A stretch of 64,000 bases of DNA from the UHGV virus genome UHGV-0018629; one strand, written 5' to 3'. A model generated the notes under the pieces. That model was not told the origin of the DNA, did no database searches, and saw nothing but the letters and a program-made list of their open reading frames with translations. Shown here piece by piece: positions 50,491 to 59,965 of this stretch; position 1 is the stretch's first letter; every line of letters begins with the position of its first letter. Origin of the DNA: a virus. Made by a program: the position numbers and the translations under genes.

Positions 50491-50880
50491 TTAACGATTA
50501 AAATCAGAAGCAATTGTTTCTGCAACAATTTGAGCAGCGACAATTAGACGTTCATCTGCATTACCACAATAATCATCTTCAAGGCGTTCACCACATGAAG
50601 TCATAATAAATTTAGCACCAGCATTTAGGGATTCTGCAGTATGTTTACGCATTAGTTCAATCCATTTATCACTTACTTCACGATCAATAGCTTCATAATA
50701 CGCATGACGAGCTGGAGCAGATTTAATTTTATCCTGAATAATTTCCATTGCGTTTTCAGAAAGAGACAAAACCCATGCTCGACGAATTTTATTTTGGTTT
50801 TGCGGATTTGAGTCAGAACGCACGTGTTTTGGCTGAATATCTTTTACATCAACGTTATAATTCACAGTAATTTTAGTCAT
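50491..50880 (-). CDS. rpbA: RNA polymerase-binding protein RpbA
   Basis: 129-aa [41 protein letters not shown]...; size and position as T4 RpbA. Confidence 0.8.
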   Translation of the reverse strand: MTKITVNYNVDVKDIQPKHVRSDSNPQNQNKIRRAWVLSLSENAMEIIQDKIKSAPARHAYYEAIDREVSDKWIELMRKHTAESLNAGAKFIMTSCGERLEDDYCGNADERLIVAAQIVAETIASDFNR

Positions 50881-50889
50881 AATACACCT

Positions 50890-51078
50890 TTAGTCATAAT
50901 AATCAGTAACAGTCCAAGCTTCATTTCTGTTGGACATTATTTTCGTATATTCTGCTTTAAATGCATTCTTAAGCATAGATTCAGTAACTATATGCTCTTC
51001 ATTAGAAAAATTATTTCTCAGAATATATCGTTTTATTTCAGGAATAGTTAATAGATGCTGTCCAGTTGAATATTCCAT
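50890..51078 (-). CDS. hypothetical protein (45.2-like position, 62 aa)
   Basis: ORF MEYSTGQHLLTIPEIKRYILRNNFSNEEHIVTESMLKNAFKAEYTKIMSNRNEAWTVTDYYD. Confidence 0.55.
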   Translation of the reverse strand: MEYSTGQHLLTIPEIKRYILRNNFSNEEHIVTESMLKNAFKAEYTKIMSNRNEAWTVTDYYD

Positions 51079-51134
51079 GTTTTTTCCTCCATAGAGATTA
51101 TACTCTAATAAATTAAAGCATAATCTCTTGTAAA

Positions 51135-52817
51135 TTAAACCATTACAGTAAATCGACCAACTTTCTTCATTTGAAGATGCTGACCATATGATTGCGGGTC
51201 ATGGTCTCTATGCGAAATAACAAAAACATTAGTATTTTTTAAACTATCTAAAATAGTTGAAATAGCTTTTACGCCTTCAACGTCGGTAGCTGAATCAAAA
51301 ACTTCATCAAGAATTAGTGTGTTTATTTTAACACCTGAAACTTTTTCAGCAATATCACGCCAAGTAAATAAAAGAGCAATATCAATTCGCGCTTTTTCGC
51401 CTTGACTAAATGAAGCATAACTAAAATCTTCGCGACCGCGGGATTTAATTGTCTCATTAAATTCTTCATCTAATGTAAACACATAATCCGCTTCCATTAT
51501 TTTAAGATAATGGTTAATCTGCTTATTGAATAATGGAATGTACTTTTTAATAATAGCACCTTTAATACCAGAATCTTTGAGCATATCAGTCAAAATTCCT
51601 CTATGGTATTTTTCCATTACTAAATTAGTTTTTGTCTTAACAATTTTATCAAGTTCTTCTTGAAGCAATGCTATTTCATCAGCATGGTCAATAAACTCGG
51701 ATGATGCTTTTTCTATAGCTGCTTTAACTTTTTTAGCTTTATCTACTGTCGTGATTAAAGATTGCTTTTTATTGCGAATATCATTTGCCAATGATTGTTG
51801 AGTTTTAATATTATCTCGGTATTCATCAACAAGAACTTTTAAATTATCACGATGTGTTGAAAGCTGTTCAAATGAATGCGTACATTCGGAAACTTTATCT
51901 TTAATTTTAGAAACAACTTTATCACCGGAACTTAATTGTGACAAACAGGTTGGACATAATCCACCTTCGTGATACATATTAATGACTTTATTATACGAGT
52001 CAATTTTTGATTTAATTAAAAATGCTTCTTGACCGATTTTATTAAATGCATCAGTCGGGTCTTCATCTAAAACAATATTAACTAATCTTTCATTAGCTTC
52101 TTCTATTTCCGATTTTAGCGTTCTAGCTTCTTTTGCCAAATCATCATACATATTTTGAAGACGAGTAAGGTTGTCACCAGTTAATTTTTTCTGACGTTCA
52201 ACGTTATCATTATATATTTTAATTTGTTGGATAATACTATCTTTTTTAACGTCAAGCACTTGGTTTTGTGAATTTAATTCACGTATTAGTGCTTTATTAA
52301 GCTTATCCATTTCAGCTAATGTTCCTACCTCGAGCAGGTCTTCCACAAGCTTTCTTCGCGCAGGGGTCGACAAACCCATGAAAGGGGTATACCCTGCTGT
52401 ACCAAGGACAACAATCTGCTTGAAACTGGCATATGACATTCCGATAAGCTGTTCAAATTCTGCTTGGAAATCTTTACTGCTGGCAGATTCATTAAGACGT
52501 GTACCGTTAACGGTGATTTCGAAAACGTTTGGTTTTTGTCCTCTTTTGATATAGCACTTTTTCTCATCATATTCCATCCACAATTCAACTAAAAGTTCTT
52601 TCTTATTTGTGCTGTTTATTAATTGACCTTTCTTTACATCACGGAATGGCTTGCCAAAAAGCCCAAACGTGATGGCTTCTAACATAGTAGACTTACCACC
52701 GCCATTTCGTCCAGTAATAAGAGTTTTTTGAACCTTATCTAGTTGAATGTCAATAGGATTTCCACCTACTGACATTATATTTTGATACCTAACTCGGTTT
52801 AGTTTAAAATTCTTCAC
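51135..52817 (-). CDS. 46: recombination nuclease subunit gp46 (Rad50/SbcC-like ATPase)
   Basis: 560-aa ORF with Walker A GRNGGGKST, coiled-coil middle with CPTC zinc hook, C-terminal signature/Walker B (LILDEVFD). Confidence 0.92.
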   Translation of the reverse strand: MKNFKLNRVRYQNIMSVGGNPIDIQLDKVQKTLITGRNGGGKSTMLEAITFGLFGKPFRDVKKGQLINSTNKKELLVELWMEYDEKKCYIKRGQKPNVFEITVNGTRLNESASSKDFQAEFEQLIGMSYASFKQIVVLGTAGYTPFMGLSTPARRKLVEDLLEVGTLAEMDKLNKALIRELNSQNQVLDVKKDSIIQQIKIYNDNVERQKKLTGDNLTRLQNMYDDLAKEARTLKSEIEEANERLVNIVLDEDPTDAFNKIGQEAFLIKSKIDSYNKVINMYHEGGLCPTCLSQLSSGDKVVSKIKDKVSECTHSFEQLSTHRDNLKVLVDEYRDNIKTQQSLANDIRNKKQSLITTVDKAKKVKAAIEKASSEFIDHADEIALLQEELDKIVKTKTNLVMEKYHRGILTDMLKDSGIKGAIIKKYIPLFNKQINHYLKIMEADYVFTLDEEFNETIKSRGREDFSYASFSQGEKARIDIALLFTWRDIAEKVSGVKINTLILDEVFDSATDVEGVKAISTILDSLKNTNVFVISHRDHDPQSYGQHLQMKKVGRFTVMV

Positions 52818-53077
52818 AAAAGATTCCTTTTAATGTATCTTTTAGACCATTCTATCATATCATCATAATCTAAAAAGTATTCATCAAATTCAGCCATGCA
52901 AACAACACCTTGTGCTGCTTTTGATGTGATATAAATTATTCCAACATATCTAGAATCTTCTTCAATATAATCAATATTTGCTATGAATTCATCATTAATG
53001 TCAAATGTCGAAAACTTCACAGTATGCATCCTTAATACAAGATACAGCCATATCTCGTAATGATTTAGGTGTATCAT
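52814..53077 (-). CDS. hypothetical protein (46.1-like position)
   Basis: 87-aa ORF-track call; overlaps upstream ORF by 77 nt, true start may be internal. Confidence 0.45.
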   Translation of the reverse strand: MIHLNHYEIWLYLVLRMHTVKFSTFDINDEFIANIDYIEEDSRYVGIIYITSKAAQGVVCMAEFDEYFLDYDDMIEWSKRYIKRNLL

Positions 53078-53264
53078 TATCTAAAATGTTGAAGTTAAAA
53101 GATACAGCCCAGTCAGTGCAGACCGTAACCTTTTTAATACAATTATCTTCAACCTCTAGCGGTTCAAACCAGTATTCAATAATATCTTTATGACCAATAT
53201 CATCTTTTACTTCGCATTCAAAATGCTGACTCATCATAACATTTTTAAATTCATCAAAAGTCAT
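53001..53264 (-). CDS. hypothetical protein (46.2-like position, 87 aa)
   Basis: ORF MTFDEFKNVMMSQHFECEVKDDIGHKDIIEYWFEPLEVEDNCIKKVTVCTDWAVSFNF... Confidence 0.45.
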   Translation of the reverse strand: MTFDEFKNVMMSQHFECEVKDDIGHKDIIEYWFEPLEVEDNCIKKVTVCTDWAVSFNFNILDNDTPKSLRDMAVSCIKDAYCEVFDI

Positions 53265-54280
53265 TGTGTTGCCTCTACATATAACTGATTTGCATATTGA
53301 ATAAGTGCTTCACGGTCAGAATCAGTGATGTCTGGAATTGCATTAATATACTCTTCCATCAACGTCTGAAGCGATTGAACTTCAACTTCTTCACTATCAT
53401 CTGACTCGACAGAGTTATCAATCTTTGACACAACTCGTAATGAATGCACAACTTTTTCTAGTTCAGATTCGAACTTCGTCAGATTTTTGTCTACCTCAGT
53501 TACTATAACACGTACTGATAGATTTGTAAAATCTTTATAGTCAATTTTTCCCTTAAATGGATATTGAATTCGACGATGCCAGGTAGTGTTGTTTGGAATA
53601 AATTCCATTCGTTCTGTTTCTGTGTCAAACATCCAGAACCCGCGAGGGTCATTCTCGTCACCTGCAGTTAGTGTCCATGGTGTCCCAATATACTTGACGT
53701 TTGCAGCCTCAGAAATAGTATGGAAGTGACCAGACCACACCTCTTTATAAGTCTTAAGGAAATCAGGCTCAAGACCGTGAGATTTCATTCCTTTATAAAA
53801 ATAAAATCCATTCAGTTCCCAGTGACCGACGCAAAAAGAAGCAGATGAAGTTTTGATATGCTCAAGAATTTCACCAGTATTTTCTTCGCACATCCAAGGA
53901 ATCAAATCAATCAAACATCCGTCAAAATCTACTGTAGTAGGCTTATCATATACTTTAACATTAGGATATTTAGCCAAAAGCTCAGTAGAAGCATTTGGAT
54001 GCATTACATTTTTGTAGTGGAGATCGTGATTTCCTACAATAGTATGTAATGTGATTCCAGCATCATCAAGCATTTGAACTATTTCACGAGCGAACTCCAT
54101 AGTTTTATGTGTGATTGCTTTTCGCACATCAAAAATATCACCATATTGAATCCATACAGTAATTCCATTTTTCTTAGAATATTCTATCGCTTGCTTAATT
54201 CCATCAATTTGAATACCGCGAATCCACTCATCATCAGCTTTAACGCCTAAATGCCAATCACCCAAGTTTAGTATTTTCAT
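53261..54280 (-). CDS. 47: recombination nuclease subunit gp47 (Mre11/SbcD-like phosphoesterase)
   Basis: 339-aa ORF MKILNLGDWHLG...GNHD...GHFH motifs; same length as T4 gp47. Confidence 0.92.
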   Translation of the reverse strand: MKILNLGDWHLGVKADDEWIRGIQIDGIKQAIEYSKKNGITVWIQYGDIFDVRKAITHKTMEFAREIVQMLDDAGITLHTIVGNHDLHYKNVMHPNASTELLAKYPNVKVYDKPTTVDFDGCLIDLIPWMCEENTGEILEHIKTSSASFCVGHWELNGFYFYKGMKSHGLEPDFLKTYKEVWSGHFHTISEAANVKYIGTPWTLTAGDENDPRGFWMFDTETERMEFIPNNTTWHRRIQYPFKGKIDYKDFTNLSVRVIVTEVDKNLTKFESELEKVVHSLRVVSKIDNSVESDDSEEVEVQSLQTLMEEYINAIPDITDSDREALIQYANQLYVEATQ

Positions 54281-54881
54281 GGTGTCTTTTCCATCCTAAT
54301 TTAGCTGCTTTTGAAACCAGTTCTTTAATTTTTCCTTTTGTCCATTCAGGACCAGGAGGTTCATGACATAACAATTGCTTAACTCCGTTATTATACCATT
54401 TTTTACCTTTATTATGTGATGAAGCTTTAAATTTATTTGACCTTCCTTTTACATAACCTTCTGGAATATAAGGCAAAAAGGCAGATTTTCCTGTTAATGG
54501 ATCATGTGAATGTATATTTCCTTTACAATTATGAGAACCATATAATGGATGATTTTGTCCTTTATTATCTCTTCCAAATGAACCTTTTGGAGCAGCATAT
54601 GACATATTAAAGAATAATGGATTTTTAACTGCATCATGCAATCGTTGATAATATAACTCGCATTTAATAGCTTCTTCACGCGTATCAAATTCAGCTAAAA
54701 TGCATGAATCAAATAAGTGAGGATTATCTAAAAGCTCTTTATTATAAATTTTCTTATACTTTTTAGATAAAACTGAACCATGATATCCAGCTAAATGCCT
54801 ATCTAAAGACGTAGATCCAATATAAAAAGGAGGAAGTTTATCTCCACTATATATTGTTAAATAAGTTATATATTTTTTCAT
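54258..54881 (-). CDS. GIY-YIG homing endonuclease-like protein with NUMOD-like C-terminal DNA-binding repeats
   Basis: 207-aa ORF MKKYITYLTIYSGDKLPPFYIGSTS...SCILAEF...E...; C-terminal GQNHPLYGSHN and KGKKWYNNG repeats; I-TevI/Seg-like architecture. Confidence 0.6.
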   Translation of the reverse strand: MKKYITYLTIYSGDKLPPFYIGSTSLDRHLAGYHGSVLSKKYKKIYNKELLDNPHLFDSCILAEFDTREEAIKCELYYQRLHDAVKNPLFFNMSYAAPKGSFGRDNKGQNHPLYGSHNCKGNIHSHDPLTGKSAFLPYIPEGYVKGRSNKFKASSHNKGKKWYNNGVKQLLCHEPPGPEWTKGKIKELVSKAAKLGWKRHHENTKLG

Positions 54882-55018
54882 ATATCAAGAACCGTCATTG
54901 AAATGCAAAATAAAATTATTGAAATAAATCCATCTGGAGTGCTAAAGAACCCAATCCAACATGCTCTAGCAAATAGATAAAATGCGAGAAAAAGTATCAC
55001 ATATCCAAGAAATATCAT
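54878..55018 (-). CDS. hypothetical small membrane protein (46 aa) translationally coupled to the GIY-YIG ORF
   Basis: Unlisted ORF MIFLGYVILFLAFYLFARACWIGFFSTPDGFISIILFCISMTVLDI; its TGA overlaps the endonuclease ATG (ATGA). Confidence 0.3.
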   Translation of the reverse strand: MIFLGYVILFLAFYLFARACWIGFFSTPDGFISIILFCISMTVLDI

Positions 55019-55057
55019 TATATCAAACTCCGTATAAAGCTAAAGGGCCGAAGCCCT

Positions 55058-56260
55058 TTATTTTGTAATAATGTCAAACTGTTCTTTAAAGCAGAAGCTT
55101 GAATCTTGATGCTGATACAAAAATTCATAAGCTTTTTCACGTTCACGGTCATAAAGAGCTCGGTCAGATGACAGTTCTTTAATTCGTTCAAATGTTGATT
55201 CCATGTCGTTTTCATCAAACCAAACGATACCGCTATCATGCGAAATTAACGGAGTATTATCAACACGGAATTTTAAATTTTCGCCAGTAGATTTCCAAAA
55301 TACCGGAATTGTTCCGCATGCGCCAAGCTCGAGATGAGTATATTCTAAAGAACGTTGTAGATATTTTTTGTCCAACTTACTCAACTGATAGCCAAATCCG
55401 GATTTACTCATGCGTTCAAGCATTTCGCTATTTACATAACGGTCAAGAATTTGCGTTGGCAAATTAGGAGCAATTTTAATTTGGTCTACTTGATGAAGAC
55501 GATAATATTCGTATGGAATTCCTTTTTCTTTAATAGGAATGAACGCTGGAGAACGTTCCAGACCTTCCATAATAGTACTTAGCCCAGCAGGTTTAAGATG
55601 TTTTTCGTGGAAATCAAACATCTGATAAAAACCTTTCCATGTAGTCGTACGACCAATCCAACGGTTGATATTCATGTTAATTTCAGAAACATCTTTCCAG
55701 TAGGTTGATCGAACCTTCGCAATATCCATAGGAGGCTGAAAGTTGTATACGGTCGGTGCTTCTTCAATATCATCAAACAGAGAAACAGTTTCTGGATACC
55801 ACTCTTTCATCAGAACTTTATTAAAATCACCATTATCAGAATGACTAAAAATAACATCAGCTCGACGAACAGTTTCTTCTAATCCCAAATTTCGACGCAA
55901 AGAAAGAGAAGAATGGTCATGTTGATAAACTACAACACGAACCGAAGGTTTAATGTTATCAATAATTTTTTTATAGTTATTAATCGTATCTTCTTCAACT
56001 GAAGTAGCAGGAACTGAATTGATAATTAGAATATCACAATCATTTACCAGCTTAAGTGTTTTATCATATTCTTTTGCCAATAAAACCGGAATTGAAAATG
56101 ATTTATAATCATGCGCACAGTTACGAGTAAATGATTTATCTTTAGCATAAACCAAAGTTACTTCATGACCATTTTTAATAAACCAATCACGTTGCTCAAG
56201 AGAAAATTTAGTTACACCGCAACCTTCAAGACCCCGAGCCATAAAAATGCATACTTTCAT
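55058..56260 (-). CDS. a-gt: DNA alpha-glucosyltransferase
   Basis: 400-aa ORF MKVCIFMARGLEGCGVTKFSLEQRDWFIKNGHEVTLVYAKDK...; same length as T4 alpha-gt. Confidence 0.9.
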   Translation of the reverse strand: MKVCIFMARGLEGCGVTKFSLEQRDWFIKNGHEVTLVYAKDKSFTRNCAHDYKSFSIPVLLAKEYDKTLKLVNDCDILIINSVPATSVEEDTINNYKKIIDNIKPSVRVVVYQHDHSSLSLRRNLGLEETVRRADVIFSHSDNGDFNKVLMKEWYPETVSLFDDIEEAPTVYNFQPPMDIAKVRSTYWKDVSEINMNINRWIGRTTTWKGFYQMFDFHEKHLKPAGLSTIMEGLERSPAFIPIKEKGIPYEYYRLHQVDQIKIAPNLPTQILDRYVNSEMLERMSKSGFGYQLSKLDKKYLQRSLEYTHLELGACGTIPVFWKSTGENLKFRVDNTPLISHDSGIVWFDENDMESTFERIKELSSDRALYDREREKAYEFLYQHQDSSFCFKEQFDIITK

Positions 56261-56503
56261 TTAATATCCTCATTGTTTTGGTTTATTTTACCAAAAATTT
56301 ATAAAGCAATATAGGAGCCGAAGCTCCTATCCGCATAATACACCATACAGAGGCTCATTAGAGCTTCTAAATTTTATACGTTTATGTGTTATAGTTCCTT
56401 CTGCTTTAGCTTTATCATGAGACTCTTTAAAGCGCCTCATCATTTCTACTTTAGAGGAACGAATTTTATTATAATCTATTTCAGAAGTCTGGGTGTTCAT
56501 CTT

Positions 56504-56710
56504 TCACAGTTGCCACCATTTTTTGACTTGATAAGAATCAACCCACACTTTCATATTAGGGTCTGCTCTTACAATAGGAGGATTAACTTCTTTAATTGAA
56601 CTGTCATGGTATTCTTTTTCAGAAATTTTCACACAAAGATGACCATTCAAAGATTCAGTAAATCCTGCATTAATTTTAAGACGCTTGAATTTTACATGTG
56701 TAAGCATCAA
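56504..56710 (-). CDS. hypothetical protein (68 aa)
   Basis: ORF MMLTHVKFKRLKINAGFTESLNGHLCVKISEKEYHDSSIKEVNPPIVRADPNMKVWVDSYQVKKWWQL. Confidence 0.45.
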   Translation of the reverse strand: MMLTHVKFKRLKINAGFTESLNGHLCVKISEKEYHDSSIKEVNPPIVRADPNMKVWVDSYQVKKWWQL

Positions 56711-56993
56711 TCATATCCTCAATCTGTGATCTAGTAGTCTTCCAAAGAATACTAATGAGTTCATCGTTATATGGCTGTTTTAGAATATCCCGACTTTTCT
56801 TGATAGCATATTCGTACTGAGCAAAATTATTATTTTCAGCTGCAATCTGAGCGTGCTTGTAAAGACGATTCAGTTCGCGTTTGTTTTTAGACAATAACTT
56901 ATTTGCTTTTCTTTCTGCTTCAAGACGGTTCTTTTCTTCAATAGAAGAAATAAGCTTTTCCACTTCATCATTAATTTCGGGTTTATCAGTCAT
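56676..56993 (-). CDS. hypothetical protein (105 aa)
   Basis: Helical, charged ORF MTDKPEINDEVEKLISSIEEKNRLEAERKANKLLSKNKRELNRLYKH... Confidence 0.45.
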   Translation of the reverse strand: MTDKPEINDEVEKLISSIEEKNRLEAERKANKLLSKNKRELNRLYKHAQIAAENNNFAQYEYAIKKSRDILKQPYNDELISILWKTTRSQIEDMIDAYTCKIQAS

Positions 56994-56994
56994 A

Positions 56995-57213
56995 TTATTT
57001 CTCTAATATAAAATAAAAATCATCATCTGTTAAATGATACCGATAGTTTAATTCTACACCATTAGATTTAAAAGCGGTATCATACGGATTTTCTGGATCA
57101 ATATCAATGTCAAGAGCTAAAACTTCCCTGAGATACATTTTAAGTAAATAGGGAATAGCTTCAACTTCAGGTATTTCTTCCAGGAATCCGGAGAGGTTAA
57201 TCGTTAGCCTCAT
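56995..57213 (-). CDS. hypothetical protein (72 aa)
   Basis: [75 protein letters not shown]. Confidence 0.45.
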
Positions 57214-57754
57214 ATAAAAAATCCAAACTAGGAGAATCGTCTACAACACTTTTCTTTTCAGCCCCCGGTGTTCTATAGGTTGATTCTTCGTAATGCGTCA
57301 TTTTATCGTAGATATCTTGAATAAAAGTTTCATCTACTAACGCAACCATATCGTCGTCACGACTGTCATAGACATTGTGAACGAAGTAACTATATTTCTT
57401 TGCAACTTCCTTACGTTCTTTTTTAATACGTTGGACGAATGCATTAAAACAAGCTTGAGTTATATATGCATGTGGGTTTTTATATTTCGTTTCATCAAAA
57501 TTGTGAAGCCCCTTAATAGAAGCTTCTATACCATCTGCAATCATTTCTTGTTTCCAAGACTGGGTGTATCCTGAAAAGTTGAAACGTTTAGATAAGCCTT
57601 CTGCAATAAGCATAATGGCTAATCCGATAGTATCATTCTGACGAACTACTTTATTTGGGTCTTTATTATTTGCTAATTCTGTTTTCCAATCAATAATAGC
57701 TTGTAAAAGCTCTTTATTGTTTACGTAATTATATTTAGGCTTAGTTTCTGACAT
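57197..57754 (-). CDS. 55: late-transcription sigma factor gp55
   Basis: ORF-track start 57760 is GTG; ATG at 57754 gives 185 aa [36 protein letters not shown]...; matches T4 gp55. Confidence 0.9.
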
Positions 57755-57832
57755 TTTCACCTCTTAGCTCAATTCATAGATCTATTATATCATAATATTT
57801 GAAGACCTATCTTAAAGCACAGAGGATATCAG

Positions 57833-58102
57833 TTATCTAAGTAAACAGTATGCTTGGAACACTTTCTCCATCATCTTTTTAAATTCATGAATATCTATAT
57901 AATGACTAGTTAAATCAGCATGATATAAAAAGTCTAAAAACTTTTCATGCGTGCTAACATATTCGCTTTCATTTAATTCAGAAACATGGCTTTCCCAATA
58001 TCCAACACCAGTCTTATTTGGGAAAAATGAAATTTTCATGTATTGATCAACATAGAAAATGCCATAATTTTCAATAGTAATAGAAATATTAATAAATTTC
58101 AT
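57833..58102 (-). CDS. hypothetical protein (89 aa)
   Basis: ORF in the early cluster between 55 and nrdH. Confidence 0.45.
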   Translation of the reverse strand: MKFINISITIENYGIFYVDQYMKISFFPNKTGVGYWESHVSELNESEYVSTHEKFLDFLYHADLTSHYIDIHEFKKMMEKVFQAYCLLR

Positions 58103-58320
58103 GCATTCATCAACTTAGCCGCTTCAAGAGCTGCATCTAGTGAATCAAACTGGTCAACGTATTCAATCAATTCGCCATAATTAGCATATAACCACCATTG
58201 GCTAAATTCATACTCAAGGATGAATCCGTTTCCTTCAATTTGGGTTAAACCAATACCATTTGTATTTACTTCATATCCAGCAAGGCGTAAATCGTTAATA
58301 AGAGCTTCGTTCATATTCAT
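58099..58320 (-). CDS. hypothetical protein (73 aa)
   Basis: ORF MNMNEALINDLRLAGYEVNTNGIGLTQIEGNGFILEYEFSQWWLYANYGELIEYVDQFDSLDAALEAAKLMNA. Confidence 0.45.
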   Translation of the reverse strand: MNMNEALINDLRLAGYEVNTNGIGLTQIEGNGFILEYEFSQWWLYANYGELIEYVDQFDSLDAALEAAKLMNA

Positions 58321-58643
58321 ACCTTAGCAAATTTCAGGTCTGCAAATTTTTTCTTGCGTTGATTTTTCATGCGACGAATAGTTTTATCGGAAATTTCGTG
58401 CTTTTGATAAGCTTTCGATTCTACACCAAAGGCTTTAACATCAAATTCTGACAAGATATATTGAACCAGCAATTCACGGACAGTATTGCGTCCAATTTTC
58501 TGATCATTCTGTTTCATCGTCTGATGAAGCTCTTTTTCCCAGTTATCCAAAATTTGAGGAGTTACAATATCGCCTTTTTCTAGCAAAGAAACTACTTTAT
58601 CATATGCATAAGAATTAATGGCGTTTTTAATTTGAATAGTCAT
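58317..58643 (-). CDS. hypothetical protein (108 aa)
   Basis: ORF with basic C-terminus (RRMKNQRKKKFADLKFAKV). Confidence 0.45.
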   Translation of the reverse strand: MTIQIKNAINSYAYDKVVSLLEKGDIVTPQILDNWEKELHQTMKQNDQKIGRNTVRELLVQYILSEFDVKAFGVESKAYQKHEISDKTIRRMKNQRKKKFADLKFAKV

Positions 58644-58695
58644 ACATTATCCTCAATTACGTTAAAATTTTATTATCCAAAAAGGGCCGAAGCCC

Positions 58696-58896
58696 TTAGC
58701 TAAACTTTTTGGCACCCTTCCAGCCTTCATACATCATTGCGGCTGATATTAATATTGCTCCTGAGCAACTTGAATATTTGTGATTCCAAAACCAGTTTAG
58801 AAAAACTTCGTCATCAATACCTTGGGCTATCATATTTTCAAAGAACTGACGACGAGCTTCGACAATTCGTTGTGATAATTTAGATTCAGGATTCAT
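58696..58896 (-). CDS. hypothetical protein (66 aa)
   Basis: ORF MNPESKLSQRIVEARRQFFENMIAQGIDDEVFLNWFWNHKYSSCSGAILISAAMMYEGWKGAKKFS. Confidence 0.45.
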   Translation of the reverse strand: MNPESKLSQRIVEARRQFFENMIAQGIDDEVFLNWFWNHKYSSCSGAILISAAMMYEGWKGAKKFS

Positions 58897-59112
58897 TTAA
58901 ATTTTCCAGTTACCGTTTTCATCAATAAATTTAATCCAGTCATTTACTGACCACTTAGTGGTATCACCTTTTGGAGTAACATTTAAAGTGTATAACCCCT
59001 GCTTAAAAAGCATACGTTTGATATTCATATTTTCCTCAGCTGTAACGATAACACTCGTTTGATTTACGTTTAGCAACTCGTTGAGAAGTATTATAATCAA
59101 AATCATCATCAA
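58897..59112 (-). CDS. hypothetical protein (start uncertain; probably internal Met)
   Basis: ORF-track call overlaps the upstream ORF by 77 nt; likely product MNIKRMLFKQGLYTLNVTPKGDTTKWSVNDWIKFIDENGNWKI. Confidence 0.35.
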   Translation of the reverse strand: MMMILIIILLNELLNVNQTSVIVTAEENMNIKRMLFKQGLYTLNVTPKGDTTKWSVNDWIKFIDENGNWKI

Positions 59113-59329
59113 TGTAAACTGATTTTTTCAACTTTCTTACTTCACCACGCAATTGGCGATTTAGCTCATCTTTAACTTCTGAATCAATGCCTTTCATTCT
59201 ACGCCATTTATCTGAGCGAAAAATGTTTTCAACCATATCTTTATGACTTACACCATCAGGAGCTTTACGCTTTCCGAAATAGTCATAATCACGAACTTTC
59301 AAGTCTTTACGACGATATGTTTTACCCAT
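59036..59329 (-). CDS. hypothetical basic protein (about 97 aa)
   Basis: ORF track starts at 59374; internal ATG at 59329 gives MGKTYRRKDLKVRDYDYFGKRKAPDGVSHKDMVENIF... Confidence 0.4.
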   Translation of the reverse strand: MGKTYRRKDLKVRDYDYFGKRKAPDGVSHKDMVENIFRSDKWRRMKGIDSEVKDELNRQLRGEVRKLKKSVYIDDDFDYNTSQRVAKRKSNECYRYS

Positions 59330-59498
59330 GGAGTTTAATTTCCTTAGCAACTGAACTAAATACAGCACGATCACAAATCATATGTTTGTTCCATTTAAGT
59401 ACAGTATAATGAACATCTAGATTATCGACTGCTGTAACAATAACGATATGTCCGTTAACACGATAATACTGATCTCTTTTAATCTCTTTATCAACCAT
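59322..59498 (-). CDS. hypothetical protein (58 aa)
   Basis: Unlisted ORF MVDKEIKRDQYYRVNGHIVIVTAVDNLDVHYTVLKWNKHMICDRAVFSSVAKEIKLHG downstream of an early promoter. Confidence 0.35.
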   Translation of the reverse strand: MVDKEIKRDQYYRVNGHIVIVTAVDNLDVHYTVLKWNKHMICDRAVFSSVAKEIKLHG

Positions 59499-59528
59499 AT
59501 CAATTCCTCAAAGGCAATTCATATGTTA

Positions 59529-59557
59529 ATAATACCACGGTTTGAACTCGTTGTAAA
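59529..59557 (-). promoter_or_regulatory. T4 early-type promoter
   Basis: Minus strand GTTTACA-17nt-TGGTATTAT with upstream A/T tract. Confidence 0.45.
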
Positions 59558-59630
59558 CAACTTTGTGAAAATTTTTAGGGAATGATAAGAAGGGAACGAT
59601 AGCTTAGAATGGTAATATACAGAATGTGAG

Positions 59631-59651
59631 AAAGAAAGGCCCAGAGGGCCC
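59631..59651 (-). terminator. rho-independent terminator after nrdH
   Basis: GGGCC-loop-GGGCC hairpin followed by UUUCUUUC on the minus-strand transcript. Confidence 0.5.
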
Positions 59652-59654
59652 GTC

Positions 59655-59963
59655 TTAGTCTTCTATGATATCTCTATCATATCCAAGTGAAATGAGTGTT
59701 TCTTTGAAGTGTTTAATGTTCTTTTGTCTAGAATCATTGATGAAAATGACTGGATAACGAATGTTAAGAGATGTGAATCCAGCACGTTTAGCAAGAGATA
59801 CAATCAGCGGGCGATCATACTCAATCTTACCATTATTTGTAAGAACTTTATAGAAAGTAAAAGGAGCATTAAGCTCCTTTAGAAGTTTTGTAACTGATTG
59901 ACATCCAGGACAACGACCTACTTCATCTGGAATTCCATAGACTTCAATCTTGTTTTGTTTCAC
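59655..59963 (-). CDS. nrdH: glutaredoxin-like protein NrdH
   Basis: 102-aa ORF with redox motif CPGC (MKQNKIEVYGIPDEVGRCPGCQSV...); position next to nrdG. Confidence 0.7.
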   Translation of the reverse strand: MKQNKIEVYGIPDEVGRCPGCQSVTKLLKELNAPFTFYKVLTNNGKIEYDRPLIVSLAKRAGFTSLNIRYPVIFINDSRQKNIKHFKETLISLGYDRDIIED

Positions 59964-59965
59964 AA

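Larger units (their letters stand above)
54258..55018 (-). mobile_element. putative free-standing homing-endonuclease cassette between genes 47 and alpha-gt
   Basis: GIY-YIG ORF plus coupled small ORF sit between two conserved core genes. Confidence 0.4.

Noticed and set aside
54494-54688. 64-aa ORF inside the GIY-YIG gene and 73-aa ORF 55018..55239 inside alpha-gt
   Set aside because: Alternative frames of well-supported genes.
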